A stretch of 64,000 nucleotides of DNA from Nitrospirota bacterium (GTDB lineage Bacteria > Nitrospirota > Thermodesulfovibrionia > Thermodesulfovibrionales > UBA9159), in NCBI GenBank assembly GCA_021790195.1, contig JAJYIF010000017.1, forward strand, positions 1,798 to 65,797, written 5' to 3'. Below, one piece after another: positions 36,627 to 46,128 of this stretch. How positions within the stretch are numbered: position 1 is the first letter of the stretch; the number at the start of each line of letters is the position of its first letter. The position numbers were made by a program, and so were the translations under genes. The notes under the pieces were generated by a model. The model worked only from the letters and a program-made list of their open reading frames with translations. It was not told the DNA's origin and ran no database searches.

Positions 36627-38390
36627 ATGCCGTACGATGCAACGAAGTTAGCCGATTGGCAGATTTCCGAAGAAGCCGAAAAGCACATGCCCACGCCGGA
36701 GCAGTGGCGTGAAAAACTGGGACTGCAAAAGGACGAGATGTTGCCTATGGGCCGCCTCGCCAAGATCGACTTTCTCAAAGTCATCAACCGCCTGAAGGAC
36801 AGACCCGACGGGCAATACATCGAAGTGACCGCCATCACCCCCACCCCTCTTGGTGAAGGCAAGAGCACGACCTCGTGCGGTCTTATGGAAGGTCTGGGCA
36901 AGCGCGGCGTGAACGTCGGCGGGGCCCTGCGTCAGCCCTCAGGCGGTCCGACCATGAACGTCAAAGGCACTGCGGCGGGCGGAGGGAATTCACTGCTGAT
37001 CCCGATGACGGAGTTTTCTCTCGGGCTCACGGGCGACATCAATGACATAATGAACGCGCACAATCTGGCCATGGTCGCTCTGACTGCGAGGATGCAGCAC
37101 GAGCGTAATTACAATAACGAGCAGCTGGACCGCCTTACCAAGATGAAACGCCTCGACATAGATCCGACCCGTGTCGAGATGGGATGGGTCATGGACTTCT
37201 GCGCCCAGAGTCTGCGCAATATCATAATAGGCATAGGAGGCAGGCAGGACGGCTTCATGATGCAATCCAAATTCGGTATAGCCGTCGGCTCCGAGTGCAT
37301 GGCGATCCTCTCGGTGGCCAACGACCTCGCCGACCTCAAACACCGCCTCAACAATATCACTGTCGCCTTTGATAAGAGCGGCAAGCCCGTCACCACTGGT
37401 GATCTCGAAGTCGGCAACGCCATGGCCGCATTTATGCGGAACACAATAAACCCGACACTCATGTGCACGGCCGAATACAATCCGTGCTTCGTGCATGCCG
37501 GGCCTTTTGCCAACATCGCGGTGGGCCAGTCCTCCATCATTGCCGACCGCGTCGGCCTTAAACTCTTCGACTACCACGTGACCGAGTCTGGCTTCGCCGC
37601 GGACATCGGCTTCGAGAAGTTCTGGAACGTCAAATGCCGTTTCAGCGGACTGAAGCCGCATGTTTCGGTGCTCACGACCACTGTCCGTGCCCTGAAGATG
37701 CACGGCGGCGGTCCAAAGGTCGTTGCCGGCAAGGCGCTTCCGGAAGAGTACACGAAAGAGAACCTGGCCCTGGTCGAAAAGGGCTGTGCCAACATGGTGC
37801 ACATGATCAACGTCATTCGCAAGTCCGGCATAAACCCGGTCGTTTGCGTAAACCGCTTCTATACTGACACGGATGCCGAAGTGGCGCTGGTCAAGAAGGC
37901 CGCAGAGGCCGCCGGCGCGCGCTGCGCGGAATCCCAGCACTGGCTCAAGGGCGGCGAAGGGGCTCTTGAACTGGCCGATGCGGTCATCGACGCTTGCAAG
38001 GAGAAGAACGCCTTCAAGTACCTCTATCCTCTTGAGATGAAACTGCGCGACCGTGTGGCCCTCATCGCCAGGGAAGTGTACGGGGCCGACGGCGTCTCCT
38101 GGCTGCCCGAGGCGGAGGCCAAGGCCAAAATGCTCGAAGACGATCCCAAGTACGCAGACTTCGCCACCATGATGGTGAAGACCCATCTAAGTCTCACTCA
38201 TGATCCCACCCTTAAGGGAGTGCCCAAGGGCTGGACCCTTCCGATCAGAGACGTTTTGATTTACTCCGGCGCAAAATTCCTTTGTCCGTGCGCCGGGACG
38301 ATCAGCCTCATGCCCGGGACAAGCTCGAACCCGGCCTTCAGGAGGGTGGATGTGGATGTGAATACAGGAAAAGTGAGCGGGTTGTTTTAA
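36627..38390 (+). CDS. fhs: Formate--tetrahydrofolate ligase
   Basis: 587 aa with the FTHFS signatures [11 protein letters not shown] and [10 protein letters not shown], plus full-length collinearity with the family. Confidence 0.93.
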   Translation: MPYDATKLADWQISEEAEKHMPTPEQWREKLGLQKDEMLPMGRLAKIDFLKVINRLKDRPDGQYIEVTAITPTPLGEGKSTTSCGLMEGLGKRGVNVGGALRQPSGGPTMNVKGTAAGGGNSLLIPMTEFSLGLTGDINDIMNAHNLAMVALTARMQHERNYNNEQLDRLTKMKRLDIDPTRVEMGWVMDFCAQSLRNIIIGIGGRQDGFMMQSKFGIAVGSECMAILSVANDLADLKHRLNNITVAFDKSGKPVTTGDLEVGNAMAAFMRNTINPTLMCTAEYNPCFVHAGPFANIAVGQSSIIADRVGLKLFDYHVTESGFAADIGFEKFWNVKCRFSGLKPHVSVLTTTVRALKMHGGGPKVVAGKALPEEYTKENLALVEKGCANMVHMINVIRKSGINPVVCVNRFYTDTDAEVALVKKAAEAAGARCAESQHWLKGGEGALELADAVIDACKEKNAFKYLYPLEMKLRDRVALIAREVYGADGVSWLPEAEAKAKMLEDDPKYADFATMMVKTHLSLTHDPTLKGVPKGWTLPIRDVLIYSGAKFLCPCAGTISLMPGTSSNPAFRRVDVDVNTGKVSGLF

Positions 38391-38480
38391 GCCGCGACCT
38401 TACTTCAAAGAAAGGTTTTAACACAGAGGCACAGGGGACGGAAAGAAACCGACAACCGGAAAGAAGTGCCGAGTTATAAA

Positions 38481-38510
38481 AAGGCCCCCGAAAATTATCC
38501 CGGGGGCCTT
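38481..38510. terminator. Bidirectional intrinsic terminator between convergent fhs and the AsrB-like gene
   Basis: aaggcccccg aaaattatc cgggggcctt forms a 10-bp GC-rich stem, flanked by an A-run upstream and a T-run downstream. Confidence 0.7.
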
Positions 38511-38528
38511 TTAGTCAGATTGCGAATA

Positions 38529-39365
38529 TCACCCCAACAAAGAATACTCCTTGATCTCCTTATACGAAAAGACCGGACCGTCGGTGCATATATATTTCGG
38601 GCCTGAATAGCAATGTCCGCACTTGCCCACGCCGCATTTCATATGGGCTTCGAGAGTGGTAATGATTCTCTCATCGGGCATACCGAAGAGCGACAGGTCT
38701 CTCATAACGGATTTGATCATGATCTCCGGACCGCAGATATAGGCTGTCGCCCTCGAGAAGTCCACCCGTGCTCTATGCCAGAGGTCAGTGACAAGACCGG
38801 CGCTGCCTCTCCAGTCGCAGTTGGCCCTGTCTACAGTCAGAATTACATCTATCCCCCCCGACCTCCAGACCTGGACTTCATCCATAAAGACCACGTCCTG
38901 AGGGCCCTTCGAGCCGTAGAGGAGCGTGACGCTCCCTGCGGACCCGTCCTTTGCAAACATCTGAATTATCGGCCTTAACGGTGCAATGCCGATACCCCCC
39001 GCCACAAGCAACACGTCCCCGTTCGCTCTCCTCCCGACTGCAAAGCCGTTTCCATAGGGACCTCTGAGCCAGAGTCGGTCCCCTTCCTGAAGCGAATGAA
39101 TTGCGCCTGTGACGGTCCCTGCCTTTCTCACGCAGAATTCCACGAATAAGTCATCCTCGCACAAAGACGCGGTCGAGATCGGGACCTCTCCCGCCCCCCA
39201 CACGGAGACCATAAAGAATTGTCCCGGCGTATAGCGGAGAGGAGAAGCGGTGCTCACTCTGAACAGACTGACGTCCTCGGTCTTCTTTCTTATTTCTTCG
39301 ATCCTTCCACTTACAGGGAGGTAAATGTTCTCCGCCTTGGTCCGTTTTCCTGATGCGGTCCTCAT
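38529..39365 (-). CDS. FAD/NAD(P)-binding oxidoreductase with C-terminal [2Fe-2S] (AsrB / sulfhydrogenase gamma / PyrK-like)
   Basis: 278 aa. FNR-like fold motifs (PGQFFMV, LRGPYG, LLVAGGIGIAPL) and the terminal cluster CGVGKCGHC. Confidence 0.7.
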   Translation of the reverse strand: MRTASGKRTKAENIYLPVSGRIEEIRKKTEDVSLFRVSTASPLRYTPGQFFMVSVWGAGEVPISTASLCEDDLFVEFCVRKAGTVTGAIHSLQEGDRLWLRGPYGNGFAVGRRANGDVLLVAGGIGIAPLRPIIQMFAKDGSAGSVTLLYGSKGPQDVVFMDEVQVWRSGGIDVILTVDRANCDWRGSAGLVTDLWHRARVDFSRATAYICGPEIMIKSVMRDLSLFGMPDERIITTLEAHMKCGVGKCGHCYSGPKYICTDGPVFSYKEIKEYSLLG

Positions 39366-40429
39366 TCGACCTCTTCCTTAAGGGCCAGCCCCTTTATCTT
39401 GGTCGCCGTTCTTGCCATATCGATCTTGCCGGGGCAGGCAACGGCACATCTGCCGCAGCCTACGCAGCCGAACTTCCCTGTCGTCCGGGGATAATGAACC
39501 AGCTTGTGATAGTACCACCTCTTGGTTCTCTGCACCCTCTTCTCATTCGGCAGGACACCGCCCGCCATCCTTGTGAAGCCTTTGAACATACACGAATCCC
39601 AGAGCCTCGCCCTCTCGATCCCTTCAGGATTTATCCTGTCGGTTACCGTAAAACAGGTGCATACGGGACAGCTGTAGGAGCATCCGCCGCACTCGAAGCA
39701 TCTATCCGTGACCTCCTGCCAGAAATCGTCCCCAACCTTTCCCGACAGGATCGCCTGTCTCGGTCCCTCGAGATTGATCCTTTTCCGGAACCTGGCCTTT
39801 GAGCTCAGGAATACTTCATATTGGTCTTCATAATCGACCTTCCGGGGCTTGCGGAAAAAAAAGTTCATGGCCCTGACCGTGCGGACCGCTTCCGGTGAGC
39901 CGGCCTGGACAAAATAGCGGTCGCCGAGGTCCGTCATCTGGATGTCGAACCCCTCCTCCAGATAGGGACCGGTCCCGAGTCCGAGACAGAAACATGTGGG
40001 GTCCGGGTTGTTGCAGACGAGCGATATGAGAAATGTGTTTCTTCTTCTCTCCTCATAATAGGGATCGCGGAGCTTCCCAAGACAGAAAGCATCGAGGAGC
40101 CTCACGGCGGAGACATCGCAGGACCTCACTCCGAAAATCACTCTCCTTGTGCGATCGCGCAAGTCCGAAATCTCTCTCTTGCCGTCAGAACCATCTGAAA
40201 GAGACAAGCCCCTGCAGCTGAACATCGCCTCGTACTGCGGGAAAAGGAACCCTTTAGGGGAAGGCAGAGACGAAGGACATTCAAGGACTATCTCGTGGAG
40301 CATGTCAACCGTCCTGAAAAGGATGTCCTTTCCTCCATCCCTCAGAGGACCGATAAGCTCCCTCTCATTCCGGAGCTGCCGCAGCCAATAGGACAGATGG
40401 TCCTTGCTGAGGACCCATTCGCTCTTCAT
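39362..40429 (-). CDS. 4Fe-4S dicluster protein (AsrA / sulfhydrogenase beta-like electron-transfer subunit)
   Basis: 355 aa. Cys motifs CFECGGCSYSCPVCTC and CVGCGRCAVACP. 4-nt overlaps with both neighbours. Confidence 0.65.
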   Translation of the reverse strand: MKSEWVLSKDHLSYWLRQLRNERELIGPLRDGGKDILFRTVDMLHEIVLECPSSLPSPKGFLFPQYEAMFSCRGLSLSDGSDGKREISDLRDRTRRVIFGVRSCDVSAVRLLDAFCLGKLRDPYYEERRRNTFLISLVCNNPDPTCFCLGLGTGPYLEEGFDIQMTDLGDRYFVQAGSPEAVRTVRAMNFFFRKPRKVDYEDQYEVFLSSKARFRKRINLEGPRQAILSGKVGDDFWQEVTDRCFECGGCSYSCPVCTCFTVTDRINPEGIERARLWDSCMFKGFTRMAGGVLPNEKRVQRTKRWYYHKLVHYPRTTGKFGCVGCGRCAVACPGKIDMARTATKIKGLALKEEVE

Positions 40430-42516
40430 GTTATCCTCAGGTCCTCCAGGTCCACGACAGGCGGCTTCTCAACTTCCCTCGGGGCATGGAGAGGCTCCAC
40501 TCTTACGGCGCAGACCTTGTACTCTGGTATCTTTGCGTTCGGGTCCACTGCCGGATTCGTAAGGATGTTTGCGGCAGCCTCCTTGAAATGGAACGGAATA
40601 AAGACACTTCCTTCAGGGATTCTCGGCGTGACATAAAGTCTCACCTTGATCGACCCTCTTCTGGACGTGACCTTCACCATGGAGCGGTGTTTGAGTCCGA
40701 GCCTGTCGGCGTCCAGGGGATTCATCTCAAGGTAGCATTCGGGCTCTTCCCTGTCAAGGACCATCGTCCGTCTGCACATAGTGCCCGTGTGGTAATGAAA
40801 GGATATGCGTCCGGTAGTGAGCAGCAAGGGGAACTCCCTGTCGGGCGGCTCGTCGGGCGGAACGAAATCGATCGGGATAAATGTGCCGAGTCCGCGCGCG
40901 AACTTCCTCCTGTGGAGGTACGGTGTTCCGGGGTGGTTTCCATCGGGACAGGGCCACTGAAGACCAAACCCCTCCTGCAGCCGGTGATGGTGAATGCCTC
41001 CGTAGGACGGGGTCAGAAGAGCGATCTCCTCCATTATCTCATACGCGCCCCGGTAATTCATCCTGTAACCCATCCTCGTCATGAGGTCGCCGAGGATCTC
41101 CCAGTCAGGTCTCGACTCGTATACGGGCGGAATCGCTTTTCTGAGAAGCTGCACTCTCCTCTCGGTATTGGTAAAGGTGCCGTCCTTCTCGGCAAAAGAT
41201 GAGGCCGGAAGAACGACATCCGCATATTCGGCCGTCTCAGTCGGAAAGATGTCCTGTACCACGAGGAACTCCAATCTCTTCATCGCCTCCCTGACGTGAC
41301 TCAGGTCAGGGTCCGAAAGAAGAGGGTTTTCGCCCATTATATACATGCCCTTGAGTCTCCCCTCATATGCCGAATCCGTCATTTCCATGACTGTCAGGCC
41401 GGGCCCTCCCGGAAGCTTCCTGCGCCATGCCCTCTCGAATTTGGTCCTCGTTTTTGAATCGGATACAGGCTGATAACCGGTGAAGACATTGGGCAGAGCG
41501 CCCATATCGCAGGCACCCTGGACGTTATTCTGCCCCCTCAGGGGATTAAGGCCGGACATCGGAAGACCTATGTGACCGGTAAGCATGACAAGGTCCGCAC
41601 ACGCCCTTACGTTATCGATGCCCGTTATGTGCTGCGTGATCCCCATCGCATAAAAAAGCATGGAGCGTTTTTCCATGGAGTATATCCGCGCCACTCGTCT
41701 GACATCATGGGCCTTGACTCCTGTAATGCCCTCTACCACGTCCGGAGGGAAGCGCCGGAGGATCTCTTCGAAGGCGTCAAAATTCTCGGTCCTTCTCCTG
41801 ACGAAGTCAACATCGACAAGGCCTTCATTCACTATCACATTCATAATCCCCATGAGCAGCGCCACGTCAGTGCCGCACTTGTGCCTGATGTGGATGTGGG
41901 CGAATTCCGCTATCTGCGTCCTTCTCGGGTCGGCGACGATCAGGACCGCTCCCCTGTCGACGGCTTCGAGCATGTGCTTGCCTATCATGGGATGCTGCTC
42001 GGTTGTGTTCGAGCCGATAACAAAGAGGACCTTTGCCTCGGGGATTTCATTTATCGAATTCGTCATGGCCCCGGAACCGAAGGCCGCGGCAAGACCGCCC
42101 ACAGTGGAGGAATGACAAAGCCGGGCGCAGTGATCGATATTATTGGTCCCGAGCACCGCCCTTGTGAATTTCATCATGAGGTAGTTTTCTTCGTTGGTGC
42201 ATTTGGCGGAGCTCAGTATGCCTATGGAATCCGGTCCGTAAGAGGTCTTTATCCCGGACAGCTTCCTCGCGACCAGGTCCAGAGCTTCATCCCATGAGGC
42301 CCGTCTCAGTCTTCCGTCTTCTCTGATCATCGGAAACTTCAGCCTGTCCGGGTGTGAGACAAACTCATGGGCGTTCCAGCCCTTGACGCAAAGGCTTCCA
42401 CCGTTCACAGGATGCAGCTTGCTTGGTGAGGTCCCCTCAATACGGCCTGCTTCGACGTGGAGATAAAGACCGCAGCCGCAACCACAGTATGGACACACTG
42501 TCTGTATCGTATTCAT
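40426..42516 (-). CDS. Cysteine-type formate dehydrogenase catalytic subunit (FdhF-like molybdopterin/tungstopterin oxidoreductase)
   Basis: 696 aa. N-terminal 4Fe-4S CPYCGCGCGL...C, the active-site region HCARLCHSSTV (Cys where the paralog has UGA), and a C-terminal FIPFHFKEAAANILTNPAVDP...KVCAVRVEP. Confidence 0.85.
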   Translation of the reverse strand: MNTIQTVCPYCGCGCGLYLHVEAGRIEGTSPSKLHPVNGGSLCVKGWNAHEFVSHPDRLKFPMIREDGRLRRASWDEALDLVARKLSGIKTSYGPDSIGILSSAKCTNEENYLMMKFTRAVLGTNNIDHCARLCHSSTVGGLAAAFGSGAMTNSINEIPEAKVLFVIGSNTTEQHPMIGKHMLEAVDRGAVLIVADPRRTQIAEFAHIHIRHKCGTDVALLMGIMNVIVNEGLVDVDFVRRRTENFDAFEEILRRFPPDVVEGITGVKAHDVRRVARIYSMEKRSMLFYAMGITQHITGIDNVRACADLVMLTGHIGLPMSGLNPLRGQNNVQGACDMGALPNVFTGYQPVSDSKTRTKFERAWRRKLPGGPGLTVMEMTDSAYEGRLKGMYIMGENPLLSDPDLSHVREAMKRLEFLVVQDIFPTETAEYADVVLPASSFAEKDGTFTNTERRVQLLRKAIPPVYESRPDWEILGDLMTRMGYRMNYRGAYEIMEEIALLTPSYGGIHHHRLQEGFGLQWPCPDGNHPGTPYLHRRKFARGLGTFIPIDFVPPDEPPDREFPLLLTTGRISFHYHTGTMCRRTMVLDREEPECYLEMNPLDADRLGLKHRSMVKVTSRRGSIKVRLYVTPRIPEGSVFIPFHFKEAAANILTNPAVDPNAKIPEYKVCAVRVEPLHAPREVEKPPVVDLEDLRIT

Positions 42517-42645
42517 ATAAGCCGGGTCTCCTTGTTTATTATAGCACTTAGGTCGGGTCCGTTATAGAACGCGGGGGTTCCCTGATTCGTTGGATAATGG
42601 CCCTTAGAAAGAATTATAATATAAGGACTTTCCTGAGATAAGGTT

Positions 42646-43743
42646 ATGAGGAAAAGACATTTCGGACATATCGCTATTCCCCTTCAGAGGGTGCACATAG
42701 AACTCACCAATATCTGTGATTTCAACTGTGTCTTCTGTCCCAAGTCCGAGATGAAGAGGCCGTTCGGCTATATGGATACCGCCCTCGCAAAGCGGATAAT
42801 CAGCGAGATCAAGGAAAATGAGATAGCAGATAAGATCACGTTTCATGTCATGGGCGAGCCGACGCTGCATCCTGACTTCTTCGACATCCTGTCCTACGCA
42901 CGGGATACGGGCATAAAGGTCGGTCTGACTACGAACGGCGGAGGTCTCGGCGGCAAGGCTGGGAAGGGACTTCTTGATTACAGCCTTCATCAGATTGACG
43001 TTTCTTTGCAGACACCTGACGTCCGTTCTTTCGAATTAAGAAAGGCAAAAAAACTTACCTTCGATGCTTACCTTCGAGGAGTTCTCGATTTCTTCAATGA
43101 TTACCATTCGAGATGGCCGGAGACGATCTTCAAGTTTCGTTTTCTCAACACGAGATTCGCCAAGAAGTCCCTGGAGGAGAGAAAGGGTCGGATACGGGTC
43201 ATTTCTTCCACTGAGGAACTGAGGGAGACCTTTCGGACATGGGCCAATCGCATCTATGATTTAATCGGCGTGCAAGAGGAGAAGAGACAGGACGCATTCA
43301 GGAAGATCCAAGAACTAGTCTCTTTCAAATGGAATGTCGTGGAGATCAGTCCCAAAATCTTCTTCGAGACTTACGTCCTCGAAGACTGGGGACATGCCTT
43401 CTCGGATGAAAGGATTCTCAAGGCATGGGCAGGATATTGCTTTGGCATGAGGGACCACTTCAGCATTCTCTGGAACGGAGACGTGACCCTCTGCTGCATA
43501 GATTATGACGGCAACACCCGCATCGGCAATCTGAAAGGGTCCTCACTAAGGGAGGTCCTTTCCTCCAGCCAACTGGGCGAGATTGTGGACGGATTCAAGA
43601 AATATCGCCTTGTGCATCCTTATTGCAAGAGATGTCTCGGAAGCAGGTCCTTCGGCTCATGGCTCTTCAAGCCCGTGGCTTCTGTAGCCGCCCTTAAATT
43701 ACTGAAGCCTTTCTTTTACAAAAAGACAAAGCTCTTGCAGTAG
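42646..43743 (+). CDS. Radical SAM / SPASM-domain protein
   Basis: 365 aa. CDFNCVFC (CxxxCxxC) near the N-terminus, and C-terminal Cys-rich SPASM-like LCCIDYDGN...HPYCKRC. Confidence 0.7.
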   Translation: MRKRHFGHIAIPLQRVHIELTNICDFNCVFCPKSEMKRPFGYMDTALAKRIISEIKENEIADKITFHVMGEPTLHPDFFDILSYARDTGIKVGLTTNGGGLGGKAGKGLLDYSLHQIDVSLQTPDVRSFELRKAKKLTFDAYLRGVLDFFNDYHSRWPETIFKFRFLNTRFAKKSLEERKGRIRVISSTEELRETFRTWANRIYDLIGVQEEKRQDAFRKIQELVSFKWNVVEISPKIFFETYVLEDWGHAFSDERILKAWAGYCFGMRDHFSILWNGDVTLCCIDYDGNTRIGNLKGSSLREVLSSSQLGEIVDGFKKYRLVHPYCKRCLGSRSFGSWLFKPVASVAALKLLKPFFYKKTKLLQ

Positions 43744-43762
43744 AAGGGTCAGTTTCTGAAGA

Positions 43763-45367
43763 TCAAAAGCTGATGTCGGTCCCTTTGTCCATGCTGTATA
43801 TAGGATAAAGTCTGTAATTCTTGACCCACGGCTGCCTCACAGTATAGTCATTCCTGTGCCAGAAGAAGATCCACGGCGCCTCCTGCACGATAATACTCTC
43901 GGCCCTCCTGTAGTATTGGTCCCTTTCTTTCTCGTTCTGCGCGGCCTGACCGAGCTCTATAAGTCTGTCCACCTCCGGGTTTTTATATCTCGACCTGTTT
44001 CCGGCAGGTCCCATATTCGACGAATGAAATAACGGAAAGAGAAAGTCCTCTGCGTCGGGGTAATCCGCCCACCAGCCAAGCCAGAACATATCGGGCTCTC
44101 CCTTATCGATCGCTTCCTTGTATGCGCTCCATTCCAGCTGATGTATCCTTATGTTCAGTCCGGTCTTCCGGATATAAGACTGAATGAGTTCAGCCATGTC
44201 CACTACTTCCTGGTCCGACGTGACATAGAGATTCACCGTCCTGCCGGTCATGCCCTGTCTCGCCACTATCTCTTTGGCCTTTTCCGGATCATAGTCGTAG
44301 ACTGGGGGCATTTCCCACTTACGAAGAAGATCAGGCACCGGACCGAGCGCCAGTCTTCCCCTGTTTTCAAAGAAAGTCCTGAGCAGTTTCTTCCGGTCTA
44401 TGGCGAAATTCATCGCCCTTCTCAGCTCGACATTGTCAAACGGCGGCCTCGAACAGTTCAGGCCCACATAATAAGTATCGATCGCCTCGACAGAGGTCAT
44501 AAGGTTGCGCCATCTTTTGGACTTCCTGAACCATGAATACTCTGACCCCGGAACGGAAATCACGTCAAGGTTACCCGATTCAAATTCGGTCGTTGCAGTA
44601 AGATCTTCGGGGATGACCCTGTAGATGATGCCGCTGATCCTGGCCTTTTTATCGAAATAGTCCTCCCTTCTTTCAAGCCTTATCTCCCTGTCGGGCAGCC
44701 ATTGCGAAAGAACAAAAGGCCCTGTGCCGACGGGATGGGTCCCGAAATCGGGTCCCAATCTCATGACCTCGTCTCTTGGGACGACGTATGCGGCGGTCAT
44801 TGTGAGGAGATAGAGAAAAGGTCCAAAGGGTTTTTCGAGCCTGATTTCAAGGCTGTGGTCATTGATGACCCTGAGTCCCCTGAGATCATCCGCCTTGCCT
44901 TTCATGAAATCTCTTGCGCCTGCTATCTTCTCCAATACCCATGTATTCGGCGAGTGCGTCTTAGGGTCCAGAATACGCATAAAGGAATACTTGAAGTCTG
45001 CTGCCGTAACTGCTTGATTATCCGAGAACTTGATATTGTTCTTCAGCCAAAAGGTATACGTGAGTCCGTCCTTTGAAATACTCCACCTTTCCGCAATGTC
45101 GGGGATGACATTCAGCTTATCTCCCAGCCTGACAAGACCGTTGAATATCTTGGCTGAAATGGTCCCGCCGGTCACGTCCACCACATGCGCAGGGTCGAGA
45201 GTTGTAGGGTTCGCATTGAGGCGATAATAGACATAACCTTCAAGACGGTTCTTGCGGGAACAGGACAGGGTTAACACGGAGAGAATAGATAAAAGAAAGA
45301 CTGCCAGCTCAAGATAGCAGCTACCCCCTCCCCGCCTATAAAGAAGACTATGCTTTCGCATGGTCAA
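43763..45367 (-). CDS. Family-5 ABC-transporter substrate-binding lipoprotein (peptide/nickel type), with no adjacent permease or ATPase
   Basis: 534 aa. Lipobox LTLSC. SBP_bac_5-like pattern (YRLNANPTTLDPAHV..., WLKNNIKFSD, ...GTGPFVL...). Confidence 0.75.
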   Translation of the reverse strand: MTMRKHSLLYRRGGGSCYLELAVFLLSILSVLTLSCSRKNRLEGYVYYRLNANPTTLDPAHVVDVTGGTISAKIFNGLVRLGDKLNVIPDIAERWSISKDGLTYTFWLKNNIKFSDNQAVTAADFKYSFMRILDPKTHSPNTWVLEKIAGARDFMKGKADDLRGLRVINDHSLEIRLEKPFGPFLYLLTMTAAYVVPRDEVMRLGPDFGTHPVGTGPFVLSQWLPDREIRLERREDYFDKKARISGIIYRVIPEDLTATTEFESGNLDVISVPGSEYSWFRKSKRWRNLMTSVEAIDTYYVGLNCSRPPFDNVELRRAMNFAIDRKKLLRTFFENRGRLALGPVPDLLRKWEMPPVYDYDPEKAKEIVARQGMTGRTVNLYVTSDQEVVDMAELIQSYIRKTGLNIRIHQLEWSAYKEAIDKGEPDMFWLGWWADYPDAEDFLFPLFHSSNMGPAGNRSRYKNPEVDRLIELGQAAQNEKERDQYYRRAESIIVQEAPWIFFWHRNDYTVRQPWVKNYRLYPIYSMDKGTDISF

Positions 45368-45567
45368 TTATACCAGATGTTATCCGGAGCGCTTCCTTAA
45401 GACCCTTCCCCCTTTATCCTCATCTAGACTCAGGAGTCTCCCAACAATTGATCCTCAAACGGCATAATTCTTTAAAGTTAGGAAGGAACTTGATTTTCAC
45501 GAGTGATCTGGTTCTTTTTTCTTAAATGGAAAACTATTTGCGCGGGAAGGAGCTATAATAGGTGCCG

Positions 45568-45594
45568 TCATTCCGGCGGAAGCCGGAATCCAGA
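45568..45594. repeat. Left hairpin repeat of the GIY-YIG unit
   Basis: Stem attccggc (45571-45578) / gccggaat (45583-45590), loop GGAA. Confidence 0.85.
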
Positions 45595-45603
45595 GGGACG
45601 ACA

Positions 45604-45894
45604 GTGAATAAACAACCTGCGGTATATATTCTAGCAAGCAAGAAGAACGGTACTCTTTATACTGGCGTGACTTCAGCCCTTGCCAAAAGGATATGGGAGC
45701 ACAAGAACAATGTAGTAGAAGGATTTACTAAGCGCTATGGGGTCCACCAGTTGGTTTGGTATGAATTACACGAAACCCTGGAATCTGCCATTCGTAGAGA
45801 GAAACAGATTAAGGGACGGAAACGGAAATGGAAACTTGAATTGATTGAGAGTGTAAATGCGAATTGGCAGGATCTATATCATCTGCTTACTTGA
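45604..45894 (+). CDS. GIY-YIG nuclease family protein (small YhbQ/UPF0213-like)
   Basis: The tracked ORF starts at 45562, but its first 14 codons (PSFRRKPESRGTT) are simply the translation of the hairpin repeat. The family-typical start VNKQPAVYILASKKNGTLYTGVTSALAKRIWEHK begins at GTG 45604. The C-terminal REKQIKG.KRKWK motif is present. Confidence 0.8.
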   Translation: MNKQPAVYILASKKNGTLYTGVTSALAKRIWEHKNNVVEGFTKRYGVHQLVWYELHETLESAIRREKQIKGRKRKWKLELIESVNANWQDLYHLLT

Positions 45895-45921
45895 CTGGAT
45901 TCCGGCTTTCGCCGGAATGAC
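45895..45921. repeat. Right hairpin repeat of the GIY-YIG unit (starts the base after the stop codon)
   Basis: Stem attccggc / gccggaat, loop TTTC (GAAA on the other strand). Confidence 0.85.
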
Positions 45922-46128
45922 GAAAAATTAGCGGAAGTCCTGACCATTTTCTCTTGACTCGGCATTATTGGTAGGGTATAAAATATCTGAAGAACAGCAG
46001 GGTAAAGTAACTCAACTGGAGGGGTTCATGTCTGCACACTCTTCGGCTTACCGGCATCAACTATCCTGCAGGAATCGCGCCATTCCCATCAATTTCCCAT
46101 GCATCGGCCCTGAAGAAAAGGAGGAAGT

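Larger units (their letters stand above)
45568..45921. mobile_element. 354-bp unit: a GIY-YIG nuclease gene exactly bracketed by 27-nt inverted hairpin repeats (putative selfish/REPtron-like element)
   Basis: Left repeat gtcattccggcggaagccggaatccag (45568-45594). Right repeat ctggattccggctttcgccggaatgac (45895-45921), whose reverse complement differs from the left repeat at 1 of 27 positions. Each repeat is itself an 8-bp hairpin (attccggc / gccggaat) with a 4-nt loop. Confidence 0.45.

Noticed and set aside
36990-38186. Long antisense ORFs opposite strongly identified genes. They are 36990..38186(-) opposite fhs, 34563..35522(-) and 33693..34466(-) opposite fdhA, 54527..55801(+) opposite the radical SAM gene, 29659..30600(-) opposite ybaK/CBS, 31957..32694(-), 40486..41202(+) and 41572..42297(+).
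   Set aside because: Each overlaps a CDS with clear family motifs on the other strand. None has a recognisable domain, and their composition is biased as expected for antisense frames of GC-moderate coding DNA.
45562-45603. N-terminal extension MPSFRRKPESRGTT of the GIY-YIG ORF as listed in the track.
   Set aside because: These codons are the literal translation of the left hairpin repeat. The family-typical N-terminus (xNKQPAVYILAS) begins at GTG 45604.
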